Assembly (NCBI GenBank): GCA_050251055.1
Contig: JBFWNL010000001.1
Coordinates: forward strand, 757,055 to 821,054
DNA from: Bacteriovoracia bacterium
Lineage (GTDB): Bacteria > Bdellovibrionota > UBA1018 > JBFWNL01
Direction: 5' to 3'
Length of the DNA stretch: 64,000 nt
Below, in pieces: positions 1-9,764 of the stretch. The notes under the pieces are model-generated. The model did no database searches and was not told the origin of the DNA. It saw only the letters and a program-made list of their open reading frames with translations. The position numbers and the translations under genes were made by a program. The stretch's first letter is position 1, and each line of letters starts with the position of its first letter.

Positions 1-1
1 A

Positions 2-1255
2 TTCCGGCAACCTCGCCTCATCGGTGAAATCGTCGCTGGCATCCTGTTCGGACCTTTCGTGTTGAGCCACCTCGCCCCCGGCATTGCGCAGCGGCTTTTC
101 GGCGGTGGCATCCCGGGGCCCAACAAGATCGATATCGTCTTGGGCTTTATGTACTGGATCGGTCTCTTCCTACTCATGTTCATTTCCGGCAGCGAAACAC
201 GCCGCCTGATGGCGCGCGAAAACCATCGGCAGACCGCGTGGCTTTTAGGCGTCGGCACCCCCCTCCCCTTCTGTTTGGTCTTGGGTCTAGGCGCTTTCCT
301 GCCCCTGGAAACGATCACCGGTACGGCGGGTCAGCAAACTTCCGCTTTGCTGGTGCTGGCCATCGCCGTGGCCGTGACTTCGATTCCAGTCATTTCCCGC
401 ATCTTTTACGACCTAGGCATTCTGCATACGCGCTTCGCGAGCCTCATCTTAGGCTCGGCGGTACTGGAAGACATCGCGCTCTGGGGCGTCCTAGCCGTGG
501 CGACCAGCATCGCCGCCACCGCGACGCTCGCGCAAGAGACCGTCGTGAAGGATATCACCGCCCACGTCGGCGCGGCCTTCCTTTATATGGGAATCGGTTT
601 AACCTTGGCCCCGTGGCTCTTGCGCAAACTACACCCGCAGCGTTTGAACCTACTAGTTAAAGCGTCGCCCGTGGGTTACGTGTTTTTCATTCTATTCTTG
701 TATGCCGCGCTCGCGGCCCTCATGGACGTGAACCTCGTATTCGCGGCATTCCTGGCTGGGTTCGGCCTGGTGGGTGGCGTCGGCGGACACGAGCGGAAGC
801 GCTTCTCCGAGCAGTTGGATTCCATCGCAAACGTTGCACGGGCCGTCTTCATCCCGGTTTATTTCTTTATCGTGGGTTACAAGCTAGTCTTGGGCAAAGG
901 CTTCTCGCTGCCGATGCTGGCTACCTTCCTGGTGGCCTCATCACTCATCTCGTTGATTTGCACGGGCCTGGCCGCGCACCTCGCGGGCTTCCGCAAGCTC
1001 GACATCGTGAACCTGGCCGTGACGACCAACGCACGCGGTGGTCCCGGGATCGTGCTCGCCAGCGTGGCTTACGATGCGGGCATTATCAATGCGCCCTTTT
1101 ACACGACGCTCGTGTTGAGCGCGGTGCTGACTTCGCAAGCAGCGGGAGTTTGGCTGCGGTATGTGCTGACGCGCGGCTGGCCGCTGCTTTCATCGCATCC
1201 AGATGAGACTTGGGATGTCACCCATCCGGCGCGGGCGATTGGGCAGAAAGCATAG
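2..1255 (+). CDS. Cation:proton antiporter (CPA2/Kef-type), 5'-truncated by window edge
   Basis: Frame open from base 2 (FRQPRLIGEIVAGILFGP, typical CPA2 N-terminus); many TM segments; TSIPVISRI, AVLEDI and NARGG motifs. Confidence 0.9.
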   Translation, partial: FRQPRLIGEIVAGILFGPFVLSHLAPGIAQRLFGGGIPGPNKIDIVLGFMYWIGLFLLMFISGSETRRLMARENHRQTAWLLGVGTPLPFCLVLGLGAFLPLETITGTAGQQTSALLVLAIAVAVTSIPVISRIFYDLGILHTRFASLILGSAVLEDIALWGVLAVATSIAATATLAQETVVKDITAHVGAAFLYMGIGLTLAPWLLRKLHPQRLNLLVKASPVGYVFFILFLYAALAALMDVNLVFAAFLAGFGLVGGVGGHERKRFSEQLDSIANVARAVFIPVYFFIVGYKLVLGKGFSLPMLATFLVASSLISLICTGLAAHLAGFRKLDIVNLAVTTNARGGPGIVLASVAYDAGIINAPFYTTLVLSAVLTSQAAGVWLRYVLTRGWPLLSSHPDETWDVTHPARAIGQKA

Positions 1256-1405
1256 ATAGGTGAGCCGCTGGCTTTTTATAAAAAAGGTCGACGGCTTCCC
1301 AAAGCCCCTTGATTCAATGAGCACTTACAGACTGGTAGGCATGACAACTCGTGGTCTTCAAACCGTCCACGCTTCCGAAAACAGCCTTTGTTTTTAGATT
1401 GATTC

Positions 1406-2152
1406 TCAGGCCATCGAAGAAACAGAGGTGTGCTTGCGCTTGTCTTTCTTATTTGCCTTGCCCTTGCGCACCTCACCCCAGTAAAGCTTCAGAAACGCGA
1501 TGCCGGTTTGCAGGCTTGGCGAGCCTTCGCGGTTATCGATGCGCGAAGCTTCATACGTAGGGAACTCCACAATCTTGAGGCCTAACTTGAAAGCCCGAAT
1601 AGAGCTTTGATACTCGATCGTGTACCCTGGGCCATCGAGCTCAAGCTGCGCCCAGGCTTTCTTTGTAATGGCGCGGAAGCCATTAATCGTGTCGGTAACA
1701 TACCCCCCGCGCAGCGTAGGGCCCAGGTTCCAGGTCACGTTCGCCATGAGCGTGAAGGCGTTGTTCGCCCACTTACGCAGCGGAAAAAGCAGCTCGTCTT
1801 CCTCGTTATGCGCGCCCTTCACCATGCGGGTGCCGATCACGATATCGCCGCCACCTTCCAGATGCGGACGGAACTTCGGGATGTCGGCGGCGTCTTCGTT
1901 GCCGTCGGGGCTGTAGAAAATCAAGGCGTCGCCGGTGGCGCGGCGGAACGCCTCGCGAAAGGCTTCGCCGCGGCCGCGCACGGTCTGTGGATAAACGGTG
2001 ACGCCATTTTCACGTAAGAATTCGATCGTACCGTCGGTGCTGCCCCCATCGATGGCAAAAACCTCATCCACCGCGTTACGCGGAATCTTCGCGAAAACCT
2101 CGCGCAGGCCGACGATTTCATTCAAAGTCAAGATAACGAGGGAAATTTTCAT
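1406..2152 (-). CDS. Glycosyltransferase family 2 (DPM1-like)
   Basis: ISLVILTLNE, IDGGSTDGT, GRGEA, SPDGNED, TDTINGFRA motifs; start overlaps stop of upstream gene. Confidence 0.9.
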   Translation of the reverse strand: MKISLVILTLNEIVGLREVFAKIPRNAVDEVFAIDGGSTDGTIEFLRENGVTVYPQTVRGRGEAFREAFRRATGDALIFYSPDGNEDAADIPKFRPHLEGGGDIVIGTRMVKGAHNEEDELLFPLRKWANNAFTLMANVTWNLGPTLRGGYVTDTINGFRAITKKAWAQLELDGPGYTIEYQSSIRAFKLGLKIVEFPTYEASRIDNREGSPSLQTGIAFLKLYWGEVRKGKANKKDKRKHTSVSSMA

Positions 2153-4080
2153 TTATGGGGTCCCGTCGCGCCGGGGAGCTGTTTATTACCACCGGTCGGC
2201 AAGGCGCGGTTACGGCCGCCGGAGTGCTGAAATAGAATACGCGCGAAAGAAAGCGCGCTGAGTACGCGGTTGCGACGACGGCGTGCCTGGATGGCTTTGC
2301 GCTCGAGCGTGGGGCATTCACTGAACTGATTGCCGTTCTGCAACGCCTTCACCGTCATCTCGAACATGGCGTTCTCGCCGCCCTCATGGAGATTAAGCTT
2401 CGAAATCGCCGTCTTCTTGAACCCCCGGAAGAGATTGTTGCAGTCGCTGACATTGGCGTTGAAAAGCACGCTCAGCAGGAACGAGAAAAAACGATTCCCC
2501 ACCGAACGATAGAGCGCGTTTTTCTCGGACTCACGCGCGCCGCCCGGCATGAAACGGCTGGCGATCACGAGCGCATGACCTTGCTTCAAGCGAATAAGCA
2601 AACGCGGAATATCCTCGGGACTGTCGGCGCCGTCGCCACCAAACACGACGACATTCTCGCACTCGGTCGTCGCGACCGCACGGCGCAAGAGCTCGCCCTT
2701 GCCTTCGCTGCGGCCCGGAGTACCGCGTACGACGCGAAAACCGCGTTTAGCAAAAGCCGTACAGGCTTCCTCATCGGCGCGGTCGTTGCCGCCTTCGACG
2801 AAAACCAAATCCTGGAAGCTCGCCACCGGCAACGCGTCCAGCATCATCTGCGCCGCGCGGCCATCACCCTTGGACATAACAATCAAGGCCGCCTTCTCCT
2901 GCGCCACCGATTCCTGGGCGAAGTAAGAGTGAAACACGTCTACGATGTATTCCCGCTCGATCTCGGTGATGTTCTGATGGCAGCCGAAGTAAAAACCGCT
3001 CTCGTTCACCCACTTGGCGACCGGGAAATCTTCCTCACGCACGCCGAGCAGCTCCTTATAAAAAGGCTGGTTGATCAGCGGGAGCATGTCGCGCGTTTCA
3101 ATTCCATGCGACTCGAGGTAACTCACCAAGCCGCGCTTCTGATCCTTCCGCACCACTATCGGGAACATCATGAATGCATGGCCCGCGCCCTCGCGTAGAG
3201 CCGGCAGCTGGATGTGCTTTTCGAGCGGCCTGAGCTTCTGCAAGAAATACTGGGCATTATCCCAGCGTTTGCGCATCATCTGCTCGTGATCTTCGAATTC
3301 AGCCAGCCCCAACGCGCCTTCCATTTCGGTGACGCGATAGCTGTAGCCCATCTGCACAAAAGAGAAGCGGCGCTGGATGATGAGCTCCATCTCTTCTTTC
3401 GATTTGTTCTTGTCGTCGTCGATGCTGATGTAAATCGAATCGCGGCCGTGATTCATTAAAGAGCGCAGCTGCACGGCCAAGTCCGGATCGTTCGTGGTGC
3501 AAAGCCCGCCCACCCCCGTCGTCAGAATATGCGCAACGTAAGTGGAGAAGCAACCGACGTCGCTCATTGCTCCGACCGACTTGCCGTTGAGCTTCGTAAA
3601 CATCGTCTCGCACGAATCTTCGATCATGCGCAGGTTATGCTTCTTGGCGATGGCGCCGATGCGCTCCATATCGCAGGGATGCCCGAAGAGGTGAACGGGA
3701 ATAATGCAACGGGTGCGCGGCGTGATCGCGGCTTCGATCAAGTCGGGATTCAATTCGTAGTAGACGGGATCCACATCTACGAAGACAGGCTTCATCCCAT
3801 TTTGCAACACGACATTGGAGGTCGCGATGAAGGTGACGGCCGGGACGATAACCTCGTCGCCGTCCTTCCAGCCGTAGCGATTCTTCAGAGCGGCGAGCGC
3901 GATCTGCAGGCTGCTCGTGCCGCTGTTCGTCATAACCGCAAATCGGCAGTCATGCGCTGCCGCAAAAAGGCGTTCAAATTTCTGGGTGAAATAACCGTAA
4001 GAGAGGCGCTCGGAGTTGAGGACCTCATTCACGTATTTACGTGATTTTTCAGTGATTTTGAAGGTTCCGACGCCAATCAT
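2149..4080 (-). CDS. DegT/DnrJ/EryC1/StrS-fold PLP enzyme (ColD/RfbH-like, His at the catalytic Lys position) fused to a C-terminal GT2 domain
   Basis: NSGTSSL, VPAVTFIAT, PVHLFG, IEDSCE, STYVAHILTTGVGG; C-terminal GKGELL, IASRFMPGG, SDCNNLFRGF. Start taken as ATG 4080. Confidence 0.85.
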   Translation of the reverse strand: MIGVGTFKITEKSRKYVNEVLNSERLSYGYFTQKFERLFAAAHDCRFAVMTNSGTSSLQIALAALKNRYGWKDGDEVIVPAVTFIATSNVVLQNGMKPVFVDVDPVYYELNPDLIEAAITPRTRCIIPVHLFGHPCDMERIGAIAKKHNLRMIEDSCETMFTKLNGKSVGAMSDVGCFSTYVAHILTTGVGGLCTTNDPDLAVQLRSLMNHGRDSIYISIDDDKNKSKEEMELIIQRRFSFVQMGYSYRVTEMEGALGLAEFEDHEQMMRKRWDNAQYFLQKLRPLEKHIQLPALREGAGHAFMMFPIVVRKDQKRGLVSYLESHGIETRDMLPLINQPFYKELLGVREEDFPVAKWVNESGFYFGCHQNITEIEREYIVDVFHSYFAQESVAQEKAALIVMSKGDGRAAQMMLDALPVASFQDLVFVEGGNDRADEEACTAFAKRGFRVVRGTPGRSEGKGELLRRAVATTECENVVVFGGDGADSPEDIPRLLIRLKQGHALVIASRFMPGGARESEKNALYRSVGNRFFSFLLSVLFNANVSDCNNLFRGFKKTAISKLNLHEGGENAMFEMTVKALQNGNQFSECPTLERKAIQARRRRNRVLSALSFARILFQHSGGRNRALPTGGNKQLPGATGPHK

Positions 4081-4137
4081 AGGGGCCCCACAGCTATACC
4101 CCCAACGGGAGGCCTTCGACAAGGCTATTCCGAGACA

Positions 4138-4179
4138 CCCGTAGACCTGTCCCTTCGCGAGGAAATCCAGGTCTACGGG
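4138..4179. terminator. 12-bp perfect inverted repeat (CCCGTAGACCTG/CAGGTCTACGGG), possible terminator or stabilising hairpin
   Basis: Arms 4138-4149 and 4168-4179, just downstream of the 4207-4800 gene; no clear U-tract. Confidence 0.5.
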
Positions 4180-4206
4180 GCACTACTAAAATACTAACTT
4201 TTAAAA

Positions 4207-4800
4207 TCAGTGCTGCCCTTGACACACCAAAGAAAAGGGCTCGTCTGCGGAGCTACCGCCGACCGTCGTCGTTAGCACGGTGATCGAGTTCGCCGAGTTG
4301 ACCTTACAGGCAACAACAATAGCTGCGTCACGATTTACTGAGCAGGTGCAAACCGGCTTCGCTGAAAAGTAGCCGCTCACCAAGTTAACCGTATAGTTGC
4401 CGGTGCTGTTATGATTTACATCATCAACCCAAGAATCCGCCGCAGGGCCACTGGAATTGAACTGGCCACACGGTGTAGAAGTACATCCAGTAACATCAGT
4501 CCCGGCCCCGATGACGATTCTTTCTGACCGCTCCGATGTACCCACACTCGTCACCGCCGACGTTCCGGTTGGAGGAGATAGGGTCAACGTATTGTTAAGG
4601 TGATCAATCCCCTTAAACTGCCCCGAACCCACGTCATAATAAATCTGCCCCGCGAACGTATAAGGCAAGCTTGCACCACTCGGCAGGCTCGGCGCACCAA
4701 AGTCATAGGTTCCTAACATAGATTCCGCACTTGCATTGACCGACAGCAACAAAACAAAACAAGACAACGACAGACGCATAGGTTTCAAATATCCTTTCAA
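4207..4800 (-). CDS. Secreted hypothetical protein with a fibre/tail-fibre-like C-terminal beta domain
   Basis: Signal peptide (..LLLSVNASA); GQIYYD motif; NSTGNYTVNL..FSAKPVCTCS..FSLVCQG; visibly lower GC than flanks. Confidence 0.55.
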   Translation of the reverse strand: MKGYLKPMRLSLSCFVLLLSVNASAESMLGTYDFGAPSLPSGASLPYTFAGQIYYDVGSGQFKGIDHLNNTLTLSPPTGTSAVTSVGTSERSERIVIGAGTDVTGCTSTPCGQFNSSGPAADSWVDDVNHNSTGNYTVNLVSGYFSAKPVCTCSVNRDAAIVVACKVNSANSITVLTTTVGGSSADEPFSLVCQGQH

Positions 4801-4922
4801 TTTATTTGTTTTTGAAACGAGTCACCAGTCTGGGGACGCGGTCCGCGTCAGTGCCACCTAAGATAATTTATTCAAAATGGATTTGATTAACGCCAAGCAG
4901 ATGTGACGGACCGGAGAAAAAC

Positions 4923-6653
4923 TCAATCCCCTCGCCGCCCCGCCAACTCCAAAGCCGTCCGACCGTGCTCGTCCCTCAGCCGGGGATCGGCGCCCTTGCC
5001 GATCAGGAAATTCAAGAAGTCCGCCGGCGCACGCGCGGCCACCGCGTAATGCAAAACACTGCGGCCATTGCGATCCCGGTCGCGGGCGGAAATGCCCGCC
5101 TTGAGCGCATCCGAAACGAGCAGCTGCACGGCAGGCGAAAGTCGTCCGCGGCGCGTGCTCTCTCCCTCTTCGCCCGAGCCCGCGGCAATATCCAAAATCA
5201 GCATCGCGGCGTTGCGACCGCGGCGGTCACGCCCTTGCATTTCCAGCTTAGGTAGGGCCAAGAAATATTTCAAAACATCATCGCCGCCCCAACCCACGTC
5301 CGCCCCGCTGAGATCGAGTCGATGCCGCTCGATCGCGCGGAAAAACGGGGTCAACCCCTCGGCGTCGATCACGGCGGTCGGCGAGGCGCCGTTGGTCACG
5401 AGGTATTTCACGAGATCCAGCTCTCCCAAGCGAACGGCTTCGTGCAAGAGCGTCTCGCCACGTTCGTTCTTGGCGCTTAGGCGCGCGCCCTTTTTCAGCC
5501 AGAACTTCAGCACGGGCTCCCGCACCGAAAACTCGAGCCGGGCGGCCCCGGCCGCGAATAGGCTGCGATCGCGTAGGGTCTGCGGCATCCCATCCCAAAA
5601 AAGTTTCTCGACCAGCTCCAAGGACCCCAGCTGCGAAGCGAACCCCGCCGGGGGCAGCCCGGTCTGCTGGTTCACGACGTCACGCTTGGATCCCAGCTTC
5701 AATAGCTCGTCTACCACGACCGGACGGAAGTTCTCATTCGCGACGAACCCGCGGATGGCGGCATCGATGGTGCTCTTGCCGTGGGCGTCGAGCTTGCCGC
5801 CGTTTTGCAAAAGGAGCCGCAGCACTTCCAGATTGCCCAGGTAAGCCGCGAGGTCGACCGGCGATTCGGCCTGGTTGGGCTCGGGCCCCATCATCCCCAC
5901 CGTGTTCACATCGACGTGCTCGTCCAGGCAGAACTGCACGAGACTGGGAGAATTCATCTGAATGGCCTTGCCCAAAAGCTTGGTGCGCGCTTCCAACCCC
6001 GCAAATGGAAAGAGCACCTGGAGCATGTCGACCCGCTGTTCGTTGGCGGCGAGCAACACGAGCTTTTCCCGGCGAGATTGATCGAGGTACTTCAACTGCG
6101 CGTGCTGCTTCACCCCAGCCAAGTCGCCGTTTTCAATGGCGGCCTCGACCAAAAGCTCGACCTCGGCACCCATTCCCTCTTTGTACTCGGCGATCCAACC
6201 CGGGACGAAGTAGACCGAAACAAAAATAATGGTGAGGGCCGAGGGGATCGTGAAAACCCGCAGGGGCGTATGAAGCAGGTGATGGTCAATGGCCGGATCC
6301 GAGCGTTTGGCCAGAAAATAGAAAACGATGCTTAGAACCCCGAGCAGGAGCGAGACGATCAGGCCCTCGCCCCCGCGGCCAAAGCTTAAGACGTGCAGAA
6401 AATGAATGTGCACGGCCAACGCCAAAAATCCCAGGGCCGCGAACTCGTAGCGATACCCCAGGCGCTTTTTCATCTGTCGCAGGGAGATCAGCGTCGAACC
6501 CAAGCCCAGCGCATAGGTATAGCTAAGGAGCATGCCGGCCGCCACCGTCGGATCGAACGAAGCCACGAGCTCCTGCTGCGAAGGAATCTGCAGCAGCAGA
6601 AAGATAAAGCCGCACAAAAGCGTGAAGGCGACCGATACAGAAAAATAAACCAT
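4923..6653 (-). CDS. Membrane-anchored ankyrin-repeat protein
   Basis: About 5 N-terminal TM helices; GETLLHEAV, GLTPFFRAI, GRSVLHYAV, GRTALELA ankyrin repeats. Confidence 0.85.
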   Translation of the reverse strand: MVYFSVSVAFTLLCGFIFLLLQIPSQQELVASFDPTVAAGMLLSYTYALGLGSTLISLRQMKKRLGYRYEFAALGFLALAVHIHFLHVLSFGRGGEGLIVSLLLGVLSIVFYFLAKRSDPAIDHHLLHTPLRVFTIPSALTIIFVSVYFVPGWIAEYKEGMGAEVELLVEAAIENGDLAGVKQHAQLKYLDQSRREKLVLLAANEQRVDMLQVLFPFAGLEARTKLLGKAIQMNSPSLVQFCLDEHVDVNTVGMMGPEPNQAESPVDLAAYLGNLEVLRLLLQNGGKLDAHGKSTIDAAIRGFVANENFRPVVVDELLKLGSKRDVVNQQTGLPPAGFASQLGSLELVEKLFWDGMPQTLRDRSLFAAGAARLEFSVREPVLKFWLKKGARLSAKNERGETLLHEAVRLGELDLVKYLVTNGASPTAVIDAEGLTPFFRAIERHRLDLSGADVGWGGDDVLKYFLALPKLEMQGRDRRGRNAAMLILDIAAGSGEEGESTRRGRLSPAVQLLVSDALKAGISARDRDRNGRSVLHYAVAARAPADFLNFLIGKGADPRLRDEHGRTALELAGRRGD

Positions 6654-6705
6654 TCCCGCGGGAGTCTAACAAAAAAGATATGAGATCGCACGAAGCCTGT
6701 GTAGG

Positions 6706-8097
6706 ATGATCGAGAGAACGGCCAAAAACCACCGGGAGGCCCCGCGAGCCATGAGCGCGCCGATTCCACCAAACCCCACGCCTACGCCTCGGCACAAAGC
6801 CATCGTCGAGAGCTTCCGCGAATCGTGGCCCGGGCTTCACAAGGACGCCCGGGTGGAAATCTTTCGCCGCCTCACCCGCCTCGAAGCCGAAGACCTGTTT
6901 CTCAGCCTAGCCGCCAACGACCAAGCCGAGATCTTCCACGACATGCCCGAGAGCGAACGCCGCTCGTGGTTACGCATGCTCGAGCCCGACGACGCGGCCG
7001 ATCTCATCCAACAACTCCCACCCGATGAGCGCGACCAGGCATTCAAGCTGCTCGACGTATCCGCCCGCAACGAAGTTTCGGCGCTGATGGCCTACGAAGA
7101 AGACGCCGCGGGCGGTCTCATGAACCCCCGTTTCGCGCGCCTACGGCCGGAAATGCGGGTGGACGAAGCGATCTCTTACCTACGCGCCCAGGCCAAGAGC
7201 CAGGTGGAAAATCTGTATACCGCCTATGTGCTAGACTCCCAGCAGCATTTGATGGGAGTGGTTTCGTTCCGGGACCTTTTTCGAGCCTCCCCCGATAAGT
7301 CCGTGAACGAAATCATGGAAAAGCAGGTGATGAAGATCCCCGACGACATGGACCAGGAAGAGGTCAGTCGTCACTTTTCCAAGCACAACCTCACCATCAT
7401 GCCCGTGGTCGATAAGGAAAATAAAATGAAGGGCGTGGTCACGATCGACGACATCGTCGGCGTCGTGCAGGAAGAGGCCACGGAGGACATCCATAAGTTA
7501 GGCGGTATGGAGGTGCTCGAAGCGCCGTACCTCAACATCGGGTTCTTTAAGATGATCCAGAAGCGGGCGGGCTGGCTGACGATCCTATTCCTGGGCGAAA
7601 TGCTCACGGCCGCCGCGATGGGCTATTACGAAAAAGAAATCGAGCGCGCGGTGGTCTTGGCGCTCTTCATTCCGCTCATTATCAGTAGCGGCGGCAACTC
7701 GGGCTCGCAAGCCACGACCCTCATTATTCGCTCGCTCGCCCTGGGCGAGGTGAAGCTGCGGGACTGGTGGCGAGTGCTGCGCCGGGAGCTGGCTTCTGGC
7801 CTTACCCTGGGGTTGATTCTAGGCGCGATCGGCCTCATGAAAATCGTCTTTTGGCCCTCGAGCGAAAAGCTTTACGGCGAACATTATAAGATGTTGGGCT
7901 GCGCCGTCGGGGCTAGCCTCCTGGGGGTGGTGCTTTGGGGTACCGTTGTGGGATCGATGCTTCCCTTCTTGCTTCGTCGACTCGGGCTAGATCCCGCTAG
8001 CGCCTCTGCCCCATTTGTCGCAACCCTCGTGGACGTGACTGGGTTAGTGATCTATTTCTCCGTGGCGAGTCTCTTTCTGCATGGGGCGATGATCTGA
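6706..8097 (+). CDS. mgtE: Magnesium transporter MgtE
   Basis: N-domain, tandem CBS, EEATEDI plug helix, FIPLIISSGGNSGSQ, PASASAPFVATLVDVTG. Confidence 0.95.
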   Translation: MIERTAKNHREAPRAMSAPIPPNPTPTPRHKAIVESFRESWPGLHKDARVEIFRRLTRLEAEDLFLSLAANDQAEIFHDMPESERRSWLRMLEPDDAADLIQQLPPDERDQAFKLLDVSARNEVSALMAYEEDAAGGLMNPRFARLRPEMRVDEAISYLRAQAKSQVENLYTAYVLDSQQHLMGVVSFRDLFRASPDKSVNEIMEKQVMKIPDDMDQEEVSRHFSKHNLTIMPVVDKENKMKGVVTIDDIVGVVQEEATEDIHKLGGMEVLEAPYLNIGFFKMIQKRAGWLTILFLGEMLTAAAMGYYEKEIERAVVLALFIPLIISSGGNSGSQATTLIIRSLALGEVKLRDWWRVLRRELASGLTLGLILGAIGLMKIVFWPSSEKLYGEHYKMLGCAVGASLLGVVLWGTVVGSMLPFLLRRLGLDPASASAPFVATLVDVTGLVIYFSVASLFLHGAMI

Positions 8098-8188
8098 TTT
8101 CTGACTAAAATAGTCTGTTTTCAGCTAATCTCAGCCATTCGCACCCCTCTATTGACATGATGCATCGTTTAAAATACCGCTATGCGTT

Positions 8189-9730
8189 ATGGGTCTGATC
8201 TTTCGCTGGGTAGTGGTGGCGCTTGCACTAGAACTGATGCCGGTCGTGGCTTATTCGCACGACGGCACCGAACCCGCGGAACCCGCCCCCGACCGCTTAG
8301 TCGCCATCGGCGACACGCACGGTGATTTCGACACGATCATAAAACTCCTGCAAGCCCCCGCGGTGGGAATCCTGGATAAAGACCTTCGCTGGGCGGGCCA
8401 ACGCACGCACCTAGTAGTCACAGGCGACATGCTCGATCGCGGATCCCGCGGCTTTGACATCATTAAGCTCTTCATGCGGCTGGAGCGCGAAGCCGCCCGT
8501 GCCGGCGGCAAGGTGACCGTGCTTTTGGGCAATCACGAAGTGATGAACCTCACCGGCTTCTATCGCGACGTGTATCCCGACGAATACGGGCGCTTCGCTG
8601 GCGAAGAGAGCAGCGGACTCCGGCGCGAAACCACCCAGGCCCTCAAGGAATTCCTCACCACGCCTCGGCCCGAACTTGCCGAGAAGAAAATGTACGAAAA
8701 GATGTACATGGACATCGTCAAAGGCGGTGCCCCTACGAAGCGTGATGACAGCGACGACGAGGAAGGCTGGTTCGACTCCCTCGTCACCCGCGTGTTCGTC
8801 GGTCGCGCCAGCTCCAAGCAAAAACCCACTAAGGAAGAAGCCGAACGCCAGATCCAGGAAACGATTGATCGCGGCTTCGCTCGGCGCTTCCCGCCCGGCT
8901 ACTTCGCACGCCACCGTCAGCTCAGCCTTCAGCACGAAATCGGCCGCTGGCTACTTTCGCGCAAGGGTATCGCGCGCATCGGCAGCACGCTATTCATGCA
9001 CGGCGGGCTCTCGCTGGAATGGTCGCGCACGCCGTTCGCTGAACTCGAGCGACGCTTCAGCGATGAGCTCGTGGAATTCAAGAACCTGGTCGCTCGTTTA
9101 GAAAAACTGGGGCTCTATCGCTCGGAGCTAGGCTACGACGTACTCAGCCAGCTCTTGAACGCCGAGCTGCGGAAGGCCGGCCCGAAACCACCCACCCTCG
9201 TCAGCCCGAGCGGCAAAGAGATTGGCGCGCCGATCGTGGTGCCCGCTCCCGAGCGTGAGGTGATCCAGATCGCCCGCAGGATCCGCGAAATCGAAACCGG
9301 CCCTGGCTTCGACTACGGTGGCATCCTTTGGTATCGCGGTTGGGCCACCGGCTCCCAAGGCCGCAGCGAAGAAGCGCAAGTCGACGAGATGCTGGCGAAT
9401 CAGAAAGCGAAGCGGATGGTCGTCGGTCACACCGTGACGCAATCCAAGCGGATTGAAGCCCGCTTTAACCAAAAAGTCTGGCTCATCGACGTGGGAATGA
9501 ACCACGCCTTCTACCAGGGACAACCGGAAGCGCTCGAGATCCTCCAGGACACCGAGATCCGCGTGCTGCCGCTCGAAGGCCCGGCGTATGCCGTGGGGGA
9601 GAAACCCACCGCGCCTAAGTCGATATATTCCGCGCCCTCGAAGGAACCGGCTCGCTTACCACCGGTCGTGGTGCCACCGCCGAAGTACCCGGTGGACGAC
9701 TCGCCGCCTTCGCCACACGGACGGTCATAA
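8189..9730 (+). CDS. Exported calcineurin-like metallophosphoesterase (Shewanella-like PPP phosphatase)
   Basis: Signal peptide; GDTHG, GDMLDRG, GNHE, HGG, LWYRG, VVGHT, IDVG motifs; Pro-rich tail. Confidence 0.9.
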   Translation: MGLIFRWVVVALALELMPVVAYSHDGTEPAEPAPDRLVAIGDTHGDFDTIIKLLQAPAVGILDKDLRWAGQRTHLVVTGDMLDRGSRGFDIIKLFMRLEREAARAGGKVTVLLGNHEVMNLTGFYRDVYPDEYGRFAGEESSGLRRETTQALKEFLTTPRPELAEKKMYEKMYMDIVKGGAPTKRDDSDDEEGWFDSLVTRVFVGRASSKQKPTKEEAERQIQETIDRGFARRFPPGYFARHRQLSLQHEIGRWLLSRKGIARIGSTLFMHGGLSLEWSRTPFAELERRFSDELVEFKNLVARLEKLGLYRSELGYDVLSQLLNAELRKAGPKPPTLVSPSGKEIGAPIVVPAPEREVIQIARRIREIETGPGFDYGGILWYRGWATGSQGRSEEAQVDEMLANQKAKRMVVGHTVTQSKRIEARFNQKVWLIDVGMNHAFYQGQPEALEILQDTEIRVLPLEGPAYAVGEKPTAPKSIYSAPSKEPARLPPVVVPPPKYPVDDSPPSPHGRS

Positions 9731-9764
9731 ACGGACGAGGCACATAGTTCACAGGGGTTAACAG

